Origin: Tubulanus polymorphus
Taxonomy: Eukaryota; Animalia; Nemertea
Direction of reading: 5' to 3'
DNA length: 64,000 nt
Assembly (NCBI RefSeq): GCF_964204645.1
Contig: NC_134035.1
Coordinates: 7,472,451 to 7,536,450 of the forward strand
This document shows positions 20,901 through 35,900 of the stretch, one piece after another. Every line of letters starts with the position of its first letter. Position 1 is the first letter of the stretch. The notes under the pieces were generated by a model, which was not told where the DNA came from, did not search any database, and worked only from the letters and a program-made list of their open reading frames with translations. Made by a program: the position numbers and the translations under genes.

Positions 20901-23900
20901 TAGCGTGTTTGATTCTAATGGGAATATCCCAACGTTTTCAAGGCTCCGTATTCGACTTCACGGCTGCTCGATTTCATACAATTCTTTTCATCCTTCTGCT
21001 TGCTTTTCTGCGACTATGGCGCAACATCGCATTTTCGACAGAAATATTTGAAATATTTCTCAAACGATGAAAAGAAATCGGGACCCGATATTGTTCTTAC
21101 CAAAATCATTAACTTTTATTTTACTTACTCGTGTTTTATGGTAAAAAATGTGAACATATATTCTAGATCGGAAAATCTTATCACCTTGACATATTTTTGG
21201 CGGAAAGGCGACCCTGTTCTACGGAAACATTGGTACAATTCACCGATATGACAATCACGCAGCAAGAAAAACAGCTATCAACGTCCAACGTAGAAAAAGA
21301 AGGTTCGCTTGATTACGAAGTGAAGGTAACTCGTTATTAAAAACAAAGGTTTAACTTGAAGAGGAATTATTTGATCCACGACCTCGCGCTCATCTCACGT
21401 GTACATCATTTCTTTTGACGAAGGTTTTAGAAGATGTCAGCGTTGGAACGTGTATTTTGAAAATCATGCTGAGTGATCCCAGTCACCCCGGACCGTTTAT
21501 GGTAACCCAGGGTGCAGGTGCGTATGAGGAAAATCCAATAAATCATCATTGAACATCCTCAAGATACGTAAATACATTTATCCCAACTTCTTAGGCTTCG
21601 AAACTGGACAATTTACGTTGGAGAATGTGACTGCATCGACTGCTTATGAAACACAAGTTGATAAGTACGTGTTCACTACCGTGAACAACATCACATTTGT
21701 AGGTAAGCTTGTTACGCAAATGCGACATCGAGCTGCCACTAGCCAAGGAGACTTATGGCTTTATGGTTAGCACGCTTGCTTTGTCACTTCGTTACCTTAA
21801 TCGTCACATGCTCATTCATTGTCCATCCACTCGTTTTCTCCATGAAATCTATTTCGTCGCTTTATTATATATGTAGTGATGTGAAAATCCATTTCGCCAA
21901 TTTCAGAATGCATTGATGATGAGGTCACTGGAATTGTCGCGCCTCCAGCCGTGCTCTTTCCGAGTTCTTTTGTCATCACGTCGCATGAGATGTGTATAGT
22001 TATCAGTCGTAGTTTAGATTACGAGTTGATGGATGAATATATGATTAGTTACGAGGTTGTCGATTTATCATCTTCGCCGTCTAGCAGTCCAGGATATGTC
22101 AATTTGAGGGTGCGTATCTGGTTTTTCCAAATTCTTTGTCCCTTTTTTTATGGAAGCAGTCAAAGTTACATAATTTGAATTCCAGAGTCGAATGCCTTTT
22201 TGCACTACTCCCATTTCGAGAGGCTGCACTTCTAAAATGCACAATAAAAATGTTGTAAACAGGCCCGTACCCAGTGCACCCACTCGTGTGCGAACGCAAA
22301 AAAATCTCGAGTTCCACTATCCTTTAAAGAAAATTTCTTAGACTTGATTTCACGTATATGGTGGCTGATTCGGGCCATACTAAAAAAATTTTCTGTACGG
22401 CTAGATCAACGATAAAAAAATTTTCACAGTGGCCTTTTTTTGGTTTTCTCGCGCGAGAATTCAAAACTTTTGGTTTTAAGAGAAAACCAAAAGTTTTAAA
22501 TTCTCGCGCGAGAAAACCAAACTTTTTGAATTCTCGCTCGAGAAAACGAAAACTTTTGAATTCTCGCGCGAGAAAACCATAAAAAGGGCCACTGTGAAAA
22601 TTTTTTTATCGTTGCTCTAGCCGTACAGAAAATGTTTTAAGTATGGCCCGAATCAGCCACCATAGAAAATGCATCTAAAACGTTTCTTTTCAAAATTTCC
22701 CCCTAGGTTTCATTTTACACATGGACTTCTCATTTCAATCAGCCAAAATAATTTCAAATTTTTTAGATCATTGTTGAGGACGTAAACGATAACTGCCCAA
22801 CATTGAACGAAACATCATTCAACGTGATCGCTCGACCTGCTCTACAAACCGATCCTATCGTGCACTTGAATGCGTCTGATGATGACTCGGGAATCAACGG
22901 ACAACTTCAATTCTATAGGACATCCATTATAGCCTAGTCAGTTCTGGTTTACCATTATTACACTGCAATATTCATCAGTCATCCAGTTCAATCCACAGTC
23001 ATGTGGAACCGAGTCCAGATGTTACATGTATTTTTACCTATGTAGGATTCACATTGTAACCATAACTGGAGATATTGGCCCCACTCCGCGCGGTTGCGCC
23101 ACCACACGGGATTTACGCGAAGTAGCAGAAACAAAAATGTCCACCTTTTGAATTTTCAATGTTAGAAATTTTACATGAATTTCAATTATTTCAGCTGTTA
23201 GGGTTTCAAGGCAAAATATAACTAGATGATGTGATATCGCGATGTTAATAAATGATAATGCCGCAGTGAAGCTAGTGATTGAGTGCACAGCGGTCAAAAA
23301 CATATGAATTTGCGTAGTTACATAACTATTTGCCGTGAATTGCAGACGAAGCATGAAGCCTTAATGGCCCTTTACAATAACATTATAGGAAGCATAATTG
23401 AAAGATAATAATGATATACAACTTAAGTTGAAATTATGGCCATTTCTGAAATTATATTATAATTTGTAGTCAGTGATTTACCACATGGTACTTCCGTTTT
23501 GTTGAAAATCTCGCGAGAATGGCGCAACATTGAAACTGGCAATAAATGCCAAATATCATACAGATATTTTGTGAATATTCATAACTTATGCGCTATAAAG
23601 TGCCGATGAACAATTGCATGTTTACGATCAGTATGTTTGGCCGCGATGGTTGCCTTGGACGGGATATTTATTTCGCAAGAGAGTTTACGCCATCTTGTTT
23701 GCAGTGCGCATGCTCAGTCATTCTGTTTGTAAACACAATGCACACGTGTGCACTACACTCGCTGTATCAGCGTTCGCGGCTCTCAAACAAAACAGCGTCA
23801 AATAGCCTACCGGAACCCGCCAACCTGGACACCTTTTCTATGATTTTACATCGACATGATTGAATCAATTTCTGACAGCGTTTTCGCATTTTTTATTCGA

Positions 23901-26900
23901 GTATCTAGTGTTTCAACGTGTTTATCAGCTCACCAGGGGACCCAGTGGTTAAGATGTATCTTTGAACATACGAAAAAGTTTGAAATATTGATATTTTGCC
24001 GTGTATGCTTTTCATATATTTCAACTCATAAAGTTTTGAAGGATTTGATTAAAGAAAAGTCGAAAAGCCTGCGAATGATCGCACATGCGATCGGCCGACC
24101 CGCTCGTGCTTAAAATGGAAAATTAGTATCTCGTACGATGATGAGTGATCGAAAATAAAACATGAAATCTAAATCATTCTATTCTTGCAAAGAAATGCAT
24201 TGGAAATATGTGGTTTGGAAATAAACTGAATTTATTTGTTATTACCTCATTTCACGTGTTGCCTCTCCCTGGACGTATTAACTACACTAAATCGTTGTAA
24301 TATGTGTGCTGGCCACAAATGCACACAGATCTCACTACCCATTCAACACCCAACCACCCACAGCTTTGATACAACCATCATATTATCTAGTGTGTTTCTC
24401 CCCTGGATCCAGTATATTGTAACGACGAATCAATCGATTTCTGAAACGTAATAACTATCTACAAATTCTTATTCTTTAGTCCGGAAGTAAACCTGAATAA
24501 ATCAGAAGACATCCGGTTAATTCATGCCGGTGTGACGACCATCGCAACGACAGTCATAATCACCGATCAGGGCTCTCCCCGGCGCGGAGTTACGGCAACC
24601 ATTAACATCACAGTGGCAAACTCGTGTTTAATAACCGCATGTTACAAACAAACTGATTTCGACATCGTGGTTAACAATTCTACCGGGGATGTTTATTTTC
24701 GCGTGCCGAAATACTACTGCGAAAATTATCGTAAGTTGTCGCATATTTCATGGCCACAAGTAGCACTTCTATTTGATAACAGTAATAATAATAATCACGT
24801 CTTGATTCTTTGTTCGTGTCACAGCTTTTATGGTTCACTGTCAAATCTTTGTCGGAAATTTTATAATTTTAGAATGTAATGAAAGAGTTGGTATAGAGAG
24901 TGGCTTGATGCCGGATGGATATTTATCCGTTTCTACATCACAAACACCGTTCATGGGTGCTAACAGAGCTCGTCTGAATATGCGTTATGAATTCAGTAAG
25001 TTGATATTTTTAGATGACGATACTTCGCTCAGGGTTGACAAGTGAACTGAGAGTAGTGACGTTTTACTTTTCAAACTGTGATGAAGTTTAGTTTTAAAAA
25101 TGGCTCATAGAATTCAGTAGAAGCGTCACTACTCTCTTGGTTGTTCCTTCAATTTCCACTGCGATTTACTTAAGATGACTTTTTTTATTTGTTTCGTCGT
25201 TAGACGAAAAATCCTCACATGAAACTAATGTGTCGAATGCTACAGTTTTATTCCACCAGTAACCGGCCTATGCTGAAACCCATCATGGAAAGTTTCGTTC
25301 TGGTTAAATTTTAGATTTATCTTATAGGGTTTCCAGATCATCTGTCAGGTGGATGGACACCCGATCCAACCGATGTTGACCCGTGGATCGAGATCGACTT
25401 CCACGAACTGTACAAGATTCATTATCTAGTCGTCCAAGGTCGACAGGATCAGCCGTACTGGGTTACTAAATTGAACCTCAAACATAGTGTTGATCGTAGG
25501 ATCACGTGGGATACATATGGAGATCATACTGGCGCCACCGTACGGTCATCAAATACATCATTTATTTATTAATCTGATAAAGCATCAAGCCCAACGCACA
25601 CGGCACCGAAAAAACGTTTTTTCCTCGTGAAAAAACGTTTTTTCGGTGCCGTGTGCGTTGGAGGCAAATCATAAAACACCGAACTGAAAAACTTTTTCGC
25701 GAGCAAAAAACGTTTTTCGCGAAACAAGCACTGCTTGATTTGCGAAAAACTTTTTTTTTGTAGTGGAAAACGTTTTTCGTCCTGTGTGTTGCCACACTCG
25801 TCGATTGACACTTCTATGCCGTCGATTTCGCAAAATTAACAATATTGCTAATAAAATCTCTCGCTGTCGCATGGACGCCGCCATTTTGAGATTGATGTGA
25901 GTGAGTTAATTGTTGTCTCCATGGATTCCATGATGCAAGAAATGTTTTCTGCACGTTTTCGTTATGCCGTGTGCGTTGGACGTTTTATCGTTTGCGGGCA
26001 AAACGTTTTGCAAAACGTGTTTTCTGTTTCGGCGAAACAAATCTTTTGGCGTGTGCGTTGGGCTTCAATCGTGACATGTTTATGAAGGTTTAACTTATCA
26101 TGTCAATACTCAAAACATGATGATATACGGTTTTCAGGTTTTTGCCGCTTCAACCGACAGTCAGACGCAAGTGAACATATCGTTGTCACCTCCACTGATT
26201 AGTGAAATCATCCGTATTCATCCCAAATCCTGGAACGATCAAATCGGTCTGCGGTTCGATATGATCGGCTGCGCTAATATGAAGCAACAATACTGTGAGT
26301 AATTATTGAATTCATGTACACCCGTAGGCTAACTGATTAAAAGTCGAAATGACAAACACTGGTTTTTGACCTTTCGGACTTTTTTAATGCGGAGGTTTTT
26401 GGGATGAACCACCGCGGTTATAATTATGTTTTGTGATCCTGAAATTCCTGAAAATCCAATGAAAATACGAGTGTGAATCTTTAACTGCAGATTGGGTTTA
26501 TTTGATGAAATCCAAAGTCAGAATAACCCAGCTAGGCCTGAGCTGGACCTTGATGATTCTGGCTCCACCTACAAACCCAATCTAGCAAAGATTCATCTGA
26601 TTGGAGGATCCAGGTACTTGGGCTCTGACAACGGATAGATGCCAGATTGCCAAGAAAACAAACTTTGTAATTAGTGTCACCATTAAGTATCTAGGCAAAT
26701 GTTGTGGTTTGTTGACTTTAAGATACTATGAGAACAAAGCTTCTCAGACCAGAGTAACTAGGCTTGGCAGTCATAAATGGTACAAAGAGAAACAAGAAAA
26801 TAATCTCAGATATAAAATGATTGATAAAATGCTATTTTTCAAAAATGTAACTCTGATGTTTTAAAAGCTATATTCATGCAGATCAAATCTATGTCTACCA

Positions 26901-29900
26901 TGACATAGTTATTCCAAAAATGAAACTGCCAAATCAAGAAAGTACGTTTTGTAAAAATGAATAATATTGGTTTGCTATACTTTCATGTACTCAATACGTC
27001 TAGTTCACTTTGTCGTGAACGGTGCTTATTCCGACAATAGATGATCGAATTTTATCTTTCAGACGATTCGAATTGCGTTCGTTGTGAAGCTACGTGGTAT
27101 TGTATCGGTGACGGGCTTAGACGCTCGTGCGGTCGCTGCGACCCACCCGAACCGACTTGCGATAGACCGTTGTATGAGCATTCTTTCGGCGAGGCTGCCG
27201 AATGCAGTGACTGTCCGAAAGGCTGGGTAATGATTTATACATGCGGTCATTTGATGGGGTGGGACACCTTAAAACTCTTTGATATAAATACCATCAGATG
27301 ATGTCCAATTTTTATATATTGCGATCTCCCCCTTTCATCTGTTGTAGACTTGTAAAGATGGATATGCCACTCCATGTCCAGCACTTCATTACGTTGAATG
27401 TAACGAAACTTATTGTCCAGATGCTTGCTCCGAATGCCGACCCGGCCACGCTTGTCGAGGAGGCCAGCAATATGTTTGTCCGGTTGGCACCTATGCAGAT
27501 GAACCGATGGGTAATCCTAACTTTGAAAATTATCCAACCCTACAATATCTAACTTTCATTAGTTTGATATATCATCGTTTCTTTGTTATTAGAGTTTTGT
27601 ATGCCGTGTCCTCCCGGACAATACCAAGATGAGATCGGCCAAAGTTTGTGCAAAAATTGCCCAGCCGGGTACGGATCAAATCGACGGAAACAGCACTGCG
27701 GCCCGTGCGCTCGCGGTACGTGGTCAAGCGGGGATGGCACGCCGTGTATGTCCTGTTTAACGACGACTATGTGCCCGTGTTTGGTCGGTGATTTTAGCGG
27801 TTGTTTCAACAGTGACGGTTGCTTCAACGCGAAAGTGGGTAATGTCCATTCGTTTACTTGCGACGAATGCCCACCAGGATACAGAGGAGATGGAAAGTCT
27901 TGTATCGATATCGACGAGGTTAGTTGTATTTCGTGATCAGTTGTGAACCCACCGCCATCGGCAGTGATTCACACACTGCCACGGCCTGAAACCCTGCCCG
28001 ATTAGCCCGAGTAGAGAGCTGTAGGCGCAGTTCAGATGATTTTATTATTAACTAATCTGAAATCGCATTTATTTCAGCCTAGGTTTTTTCGGTAATCTAA
28101 CCGTGAAATTTACCTCAGAGATTAACAGTTGGTACGGTCGAACTTCGGTTTTCGTAGTTTGTCGACTAGTGGTCGGAATTAATTACCGAGCGCACTCTAG
28201 TTTGGCCGTAACGCATTACGCAATGTCGGCCATATTGAAACTAGGCCCGAATTACAGCGACCGTGCTCAATACCGTGGTCGACCATTTCCGGACTAGTTC
28301 CGACTAAGTGTACATTCGGTTTCACTGAGTTCGACTACAGTCGACTAACTCCGATAACCGAAGTTATGCCACCAGATTCGAATCCCTGCTGAGAGAGGAT
28401 GTTATGAATACGGCATTTTTTATGATGGTTTTCAGTGCGCGGAGTATAATCCATGCTACGACCCGCCGTCCTGTGTGAACACTGTGCCAGGATATCAATG
28501 TCACGAATGTCCAGTGGGATATACAGGGACGTACGAGGACGCGATCGCCATCAACAACACCAGACGCACGTTTTACAAGCAGAATATCAAACACGACTGG
28601 ATCCATTATCAACGTTGCCACGATGTTGACGAATGCTCGATCGACAACGGTGGTTGTGACCCGAACAGAAATTGTACGAATACAGTTGTAAGTGTTCGGT
28701 GGGAAAGGAATCAAACACTGTAAGATGAAACATAATGGAGATGAAAACCTGATGCAAAAACATATGTACGCAATAACGAATTGCGAAATAATTCCAGGAT
28801 ATAAGTCTCGATCAAACCGGTAATTTGAATGTTTTATTTTAGGGAAGTTTCCACTGCGGCATTTGCAATGAAGGCTACGTGAGAGGTGACTTTGAGACAT
28901 GTCTACCAGAAAATTTTTGTGAAAACGGAAACTATGAGTGCCACGAACATGCCGAATGCGTCTACAAAGGTCCCGGCGCATACGTTTGTGAAGTATGTGT
29001 ATGAGGAAAATCCTGACATGTTTTGCTTCATGTGAAATCTTGAGAATATCGCAGGATATATATTAATTGGTCTGACGCTGTTTGTTTTTTCAGTGTAAAT
29101 TTGGTTGGGCTGGAAACGGACTCGTATGCGGAGAGGATCCTGATTTAGATGGTGTGCCGACAGAACCGCTGTCGTGTTCTGGCTGGAGATGCCAAAGGGT
29201 AAATTCGAGCATCCTGCGGAAAACTAAACGTTTTACAAATCCTAACGACGGGTCGGGTATAACAAGTTAACTTTACCCATTCCCCACCCGATAACTGGTA
29301 GAAGATAAATGAAACTGGTAGATGGAATTCACCCAAAAGAACCCTTACCACAAAGGAACTTATATTTAAACTACTACAAACGATATCGTATGAATATTAT
29401 GAAAACATTATGAAATTAAAGATTCTTGATAGTTGAATAAACTACTATCTCGAAGTTACATTTTCGGACTTTTTCTTATCATTGTGGGATTCTCTCTACA
29501 ACTCTTTTTCATATTTCAAGGACAACTGTCCACTGGTTCCGAATAGTCATCAAGGCGACTGTGATAATGACTTAATCGGCGATGCTTGTGAATGGGATAG
29601 TGACAATGATGGAATTCCAAACGAAAAGGTACGTGCGGTAAATCATAACCTACATGTAATGATTATACCACGTATCGTGCAAGATTTTGTTTCACTTGAT
29701 TTCGAACGAGGAACAAGTAAATCTAGATTATGTGTAGTCTTATCTTTTGGAATAATGCTAGCAGTTTTCATTAGCTTTCTTTTATAGCGGACACACCTAA
29801 TACCATTCTCACTTGTCAAGGTTTGGTTAGTACCTCCCATCAAAGTTCGTGCCAGCACAGCACAAAATACTGTATGAGCTTTGGTGAGAGGCAACCAAAC

Positions 29901-32900
29901 TCTGGCAAGTAAAAATGACAACATGTCCAATCTTTTTCAAGGATAACTGTCCGCTTACAATTAACCTAAAGCAAAACGATCGTGACAGAGATGAGGTAGG
30001 CGACGCATGCGATAACTGTAAGAAGGGTTCGAATCCCTCGCAAGTCGACACTGATTCTGACGGCGTTGGTGATAAATGTGATAATGACCGCGACAATGAC
30101 GGTATTGCAAATAAAAAAGATAACTGTAATACGGTCAAGAATAAAGGTAACCTTGAGTCTGTTGGTGCGGCGGGATATACCACGTACAATTCTAACGTTT
30201 ATGTGCACCGCGTTATTTTGTCATGTATTTCACAGCTCAGAAAGACACCGATCGGGATTCGAAAGGCGATGCTTGTGACAATTGTCCAACTGTTAAGAAT
30301 AAAAGTCAATACGACGCCAACCTGGATCTGATTGGAAATTCTTGTCAGAAAAAGTCATATAATTTCGATGAGTAATTGAGTTTTTATATAATTTTGGTTG
30401 TGATTGAGAAACACACCAATCAAAACTCCTGAAGAGTCCGTGATTTCATGAGTAATATGGTTGCTTTTCAGCGATGGCGATGGCGTAGTAAATATGAATG
30501 ACAATTGCAGGGTTTTGCCGAATGCAGATCAAGCTGATTCAGATAATGATGGCACTGGTAATGAAATAATCCGTTATGCTTCTCGTGGAAATAAATAAGT
30601 GTCGCATATAGCGCTCGAGGTTTCGAGAAAAATAACAAACACGTTGGACAAATTTCACACAGACTTCAAAACCAGCTAAATGCTCCGAAACGTTTTTTTG
30701 CCTTTGCTTATCGTAATAAGCCTGTGTCCAATGCATTTATAGGTGATGCCTGCGACACTGACTCGGATAATGACGGCATTCTAGATATCGTCGACAATTG
30801 TCCGCTGACCAAAAACCCCGACCAGATCGATAAGAATGGCAAGTGATCGCAACTGAATTAAAGATTTTGCCCAAAATGAAGAAAAAATGTTACTAAGTAA
30901 TCATGTTTGTCAAGATGTCCTTGGTGGTACGGCTGGAGGGGTTACACAGAGGTCATTTGTGATATTTGGTTTTGATATTTACACACAAAGTTTTCATATA
31001 ATTGCACTCTTTGTAGACAACAAGCGAGGTGATGACTGCGAAGGAGACTTGGACGGCGACAATTTTCCTGATAGGATCGACAATTGTGTATGGAACAAAA
31101 ATATACATCAATGTAATTACGAGGAAAACCGCCAGTTCGATTGTAAATCCAAATATCAGAGACTTACAACTTGGAAGGTTTTGCACGATGGCCGCGAAGT
31201 GATTCAGACAAGCAATACAGGAGTTGCAGGAGCATTCCTCATTGGTGAGTTATTAATCGAGGTGAACTCGAATCCTTGGCTACAGGGATGGATCCAGGCT
31301 GGAAGAAAGGAGGGAGTTTCGCCTCACATGAAATAGATAGGGATTCTATAGTCCTGACGAGTGTCCCGGCGATTTCCGAAGGTGCGATGCGCCCTTATGT
31401 GGTCTAGTAAATTTTTAAAAATGTCGGTAGATTATATGCAATTTTAGTGCATAATCGTAGAGAGAGAAAGGTTTTTCTGACGAAAATATCAACAAGTTTT
31501 AACATATAGTCTTCAAGTTTTAACCTATGAGATAACTGTTACTACTGGTATAGGATTCATCTCCTCACGTGGAATTGGGATTTCCAAATTCTTTGTTCTC
31601 CCCCCCCCGGGGGAATTTAATATTGAATTATATACAATTTGTCTATTCATGCCGTTCTATACATTTCAAAACCACTTCCCAAGTGGGGCTGGTGTGAAAA
31701 TTCCCTGCAAAGAAAAGCGATTTTAGCCTACAATGAGGATGACATGTTGTGATTGACCATGAGGTAAATTGGTCTCCATCGACTATGGTTAATAATAAAC
31801 ACAGAATAGATTTGAATTATATTTCTGAATCCGATATAAAAATGAAACTACAAACCGTGGACTTTTGTCAAAGAAAAATGACAGGTGACCTTTTTCACCT
31901 GTTTTTCTAATAAGGGCACTTGGTCAGAAAAAGGGAGTCCCGGAACGCCCCCCCCCCTCTATATCCGTCCCTAGACACGGATCCTCAGATGAATCGCATG
32001 TACCGAATGACCGACCGATCGATTTTTTAAATCTTATAAATCTCAAATAACTTCATCACATTTAAAGGAATGCAGCGTTTTAGTGAAGTTGACTTCGAGG
32101 GTACGATGTTCGTGGATTCTGATGTTTGTGATGGGTATATCGGTTTCGTGTTTGGCTACCAGAGCATAAACAAAATGTACGTCGTCATGTGGAGACATAA
32201 TTACAAACCACTTTATACTTCAAATCATATTTTTCCCGGCATCAAAGGCATGCAACTCAAGGTGAACACTGTTTCTCTTTATTACCCTTTTAATATGTAA
32301 TTAATTTCATGCGTACATATTCATACCGAACGCGCAGTAGGCCTTTCGTCGAATATTTTGCGTTATTTTCACGCGCGATGTTAATTTTCAATTGTACATC
32401 TTGTGTTTTCGTCAGTATGTGAAAGCATATAAAAAGCTCGGCGATGAATTCAGTAGATATTTGTACGCCTCGCATTCGACATGGATGACCGATCTTTTGT
32501 GGCATGAGCCGAATTTGATCGGCTGGGAATGTAAGAAAGCGTATCGCTGGAAGGTTCGACACAGGCCATCTAGAGCGTCAATAAGGTATCCAACGCAATT
32601 TATACGCGTATAGTTTAAAGTAAAAAGACTTCGGTTCAGTACTCATCAACGTTTCTTTTAGAATTTTTTAAATCAAGATTTTAAAGATTTTCTTGATAAC
32701 CATGAATGTATACGAAAACCAAAGCAAACTGTTTAACTGGTTAAACTGTGCCCAAAAACTTTTGAAAAGCAATTGAAAAACATTTTAAGAGGAACGGGTC
32801 TAAGGTTAAATATTTTTTTTCATTCAGAATAACGATACACGACTCGAAACGTATGATTATCGATTCTGGAGATATCTATCACGCCGATATTCGAGGCGGG

Positions 32901-35900
32901 CGAACTGGATTTTTTACACACTCACAAAATGGAGCTATTTGGTCAAATTTGAGAATCGTCTGCAAGGACAGGTCAGAAAATGCATTTCATTTATGCCGTC
33001 TTATGTGCAATTTTATATCGATTTCGAGCATTTTTGTCATGTCCTTTCAGGGAAAATGATGCCCTACGATTCGACGGAATTGATGACTACGTTCAGCTTC
33101 CCGAAACACTGCCTGATATGGGTATAGATAAAAGGTAATTAACAGGTGCCGGTTTTATTGATTTGGTTTCATATCAATCTTGACCCGGTTTAAAAAGAAA
33201 GTTTATTCACAAAATTCTGGAAATCGTGAAATCATGAAGATGACAACATTTGGTGTAGCAATTCACTTTTTTACACCCGCTGATGCAGATATCCGAATAG
33301 TTCCAATTGATCTTACTTGAGACCTATGTTTTATCTTTTACCTCCATTTTCATTATGAAACCAACATAAATGGATCCGTGTTTCGTCTATTTTCTCAATA
33401 GTTTCACAATCTCAGTCTGGGTTCGGCCGACAAGCCCCGAATACAAAACGAGCAAGGTACCGATAATTTCAAACGTTAAGAGAACATTCGGCTTGTTTCT
33501 GCGACATGGTTCGTTTGCTGTTTTGTACAAAAATTCGGATAAGTTTTATACGAGGAGAAGAGTTAAGATTCCTATGTACAGTTGGACAGCATTAGGAGTG
33601 ATGTATCATGCACCAAGTATGTTCAAATTTTAAATCTTCTTATTTAGGCTTAAATAATAAAAATGTGCGTGTGCGTTTGCATATGCGTGTGTGCGTGGAA
33701 CTTGGGTACATTGTTGGTATGGGTATTTAATTGCACGGTGCAGCGACATGGCCTTGACGATGACCTCATAACTGAGGAACGGGGTCGTTATTCAAAAAGT
33801 TATCTTGACAAAATTCAGCTACTGGCCCAAGGTACAACATATATAAAAACACTGGACCCAGTTCCACAGTGGTGAGTAAGAGTTAAAGTTAGTTCATTTT
33901 CGATGAGTTAGCTCAGAGTCAATTCTTAACTCGGAACTGTGGAACTGGGTCCTGGAAACTAACACCAGAGAACGGTTGCTGACTATGGCTTGTACTTTTT
34001 ACAATAACCCTTGTTACTTTTAAACATGATCAGAAATGGGTGGATCAATTCTTAGAGTTGAGAAATCTGAAAAAAAAATCTTTTTGCCTTATTTGGGACG
34101 CAAGACTTTGTCAGAATTACACCGAACAGACGCATTTGTGTAACGTTACATTTGACTTTTTGAGTTCAAGCTCAAAGAGTAAAACTAGGACTTCCGAATT
34201 TAATTGTTAAAGTCTCGCAATGCATAAAGAAATTAAAGAAGAATGTTTTCCAAAAGAAACTACAATCTTATTCTTTCAGCTCAAAATTTCTACATGTTTG
34301 TCAACTCTACTCAAGTAAAGTTCACGCAAAGTGTTAGTCTGTATAATCTAGTAAGTAAACCACCAGTGCATATCGTTAACTAAAATAACTACACAATTTT
34401 TGACAAAATTTATGGAATGTCATAACAAGTCAATCAAGTATGAATGAACGAAATTAAAAAGGACAGACAGTCAGGGTTCTCCACATCAGGAAGGTTGATT
34501 TTACCAAGAACCTTGGTGTCTGATGTTACCACCAGTGGTTTAGTCTTGCGTTTTGAGTACAAATCTTTTAAATCCCCGAACCACTTGGTGCTTATCATCC
34601 TTTCGAAGATATCTATTTATTGAAATTACACGGTATGATTTTCGATTTTCTAGACTCGGCAAAACGGCACGATTTTGTATCTGGGTTCGTATGGTCACAA
34701 GAGTCGCAAATTCTTTCGCGGAGACATGGACGATGTTTGTATTAATACATAGAAGATATTTTCCGGGCAAACGACGAAATATTTTTCATTTGTATTTGAA
34801 ACAATTTAAGGTAAGACTGTACAATCGGGCTGTGTTTACTGAAGATGTTGGTAGTTATTCGGACCATCTAAAAGCGCCGTTCCTGAAATGGCAGAAGCAC
34901 CAGCGATACGTGGTCACCCATTTTAATATGGATCTTAATTCAAAAAGTAAGTGAGAGGCAGGAGTGAATCATAATATTTCTGTCTCATCTACTCGATTCT
35001 TCTCGAAGTTTACGTCGAGAATTTCATTTTATAGGTTCGAAATTACTGGATACAAGTGAATACAATCGACACGGTTTAATGTTTGGTAATCCGAAATTTG
35101 TAAAGGTAACGTGCCATTACTGCGATCTCGGCTTCAATTGATATAGGGGTACCGGCAACGCTACTGTGGCAAGCGAGGATTTCGCGATGATTTCGCCAGA
35201 TTCACTAGTAGTACGCTTCAATTCCTTCCAAACTTCATTTGAATTGGAATCAATTATTGGATGAGAAAGCGAATCTTATTTATCTATGCGATAGCAAGTA
35301 GGATATTTTCATATTTGGAATTCTTAAAAATCAAGTTCAAATTTCATTGAAAATGGACTCATTTTCACTACGAACCACGCATGTGAATTGTTGCGCATGA
35401 GTGCCGGCGCCCTATTGATAAGATGAACACGTGATACGTATTAAGTAAATGACGTTCGCGTAGAATATTTCATGGTTTATGGGTATACAAACAAAACACA
35501 CAGTCAAGCTAAGTTCCGACTGCATTATTAGCAAATCAGTTTGTTTTCGAAGATTTTCAAGATGACTAACTAATTTACGAATGTATTAATTTGGAAATTT
35601 GTTTTGCTAATTTAGAGCACGCAAGATGAAGCGCGATTTGAGACCGGTTCCGAAAATAACAAAAAACGTCGTCGTAAACGACGCGATGTTTCGTCACAAA
35701 CCGGAAGAAGCGACGATGCATTTCCCGGTACTGAGTATGCAGAAGAATTTGATGATGACGATGGTGAAGATGAAAGCGATCAGAATGAAGAGGAAATAGC
35801 AATGCAAGGCCGAGAAGAAGAGGTTTTAGAGGAACACGATTCTAGATCAGGGCAAACAATATTTCAGAAGTTATTCGGACGGTTTTCGCTGTATTCTCAA

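Noticed and set aside
27882-27890. RGD in CPPGYRGDG
   Set aside because: GYxGDG is the ordinary EGF consensus, so this RGD is likely incidental.
28364-28981. 205-aa minus-strand ORF
   Set aside because: Antisense shadow of EGF exons; no independent coding signature.
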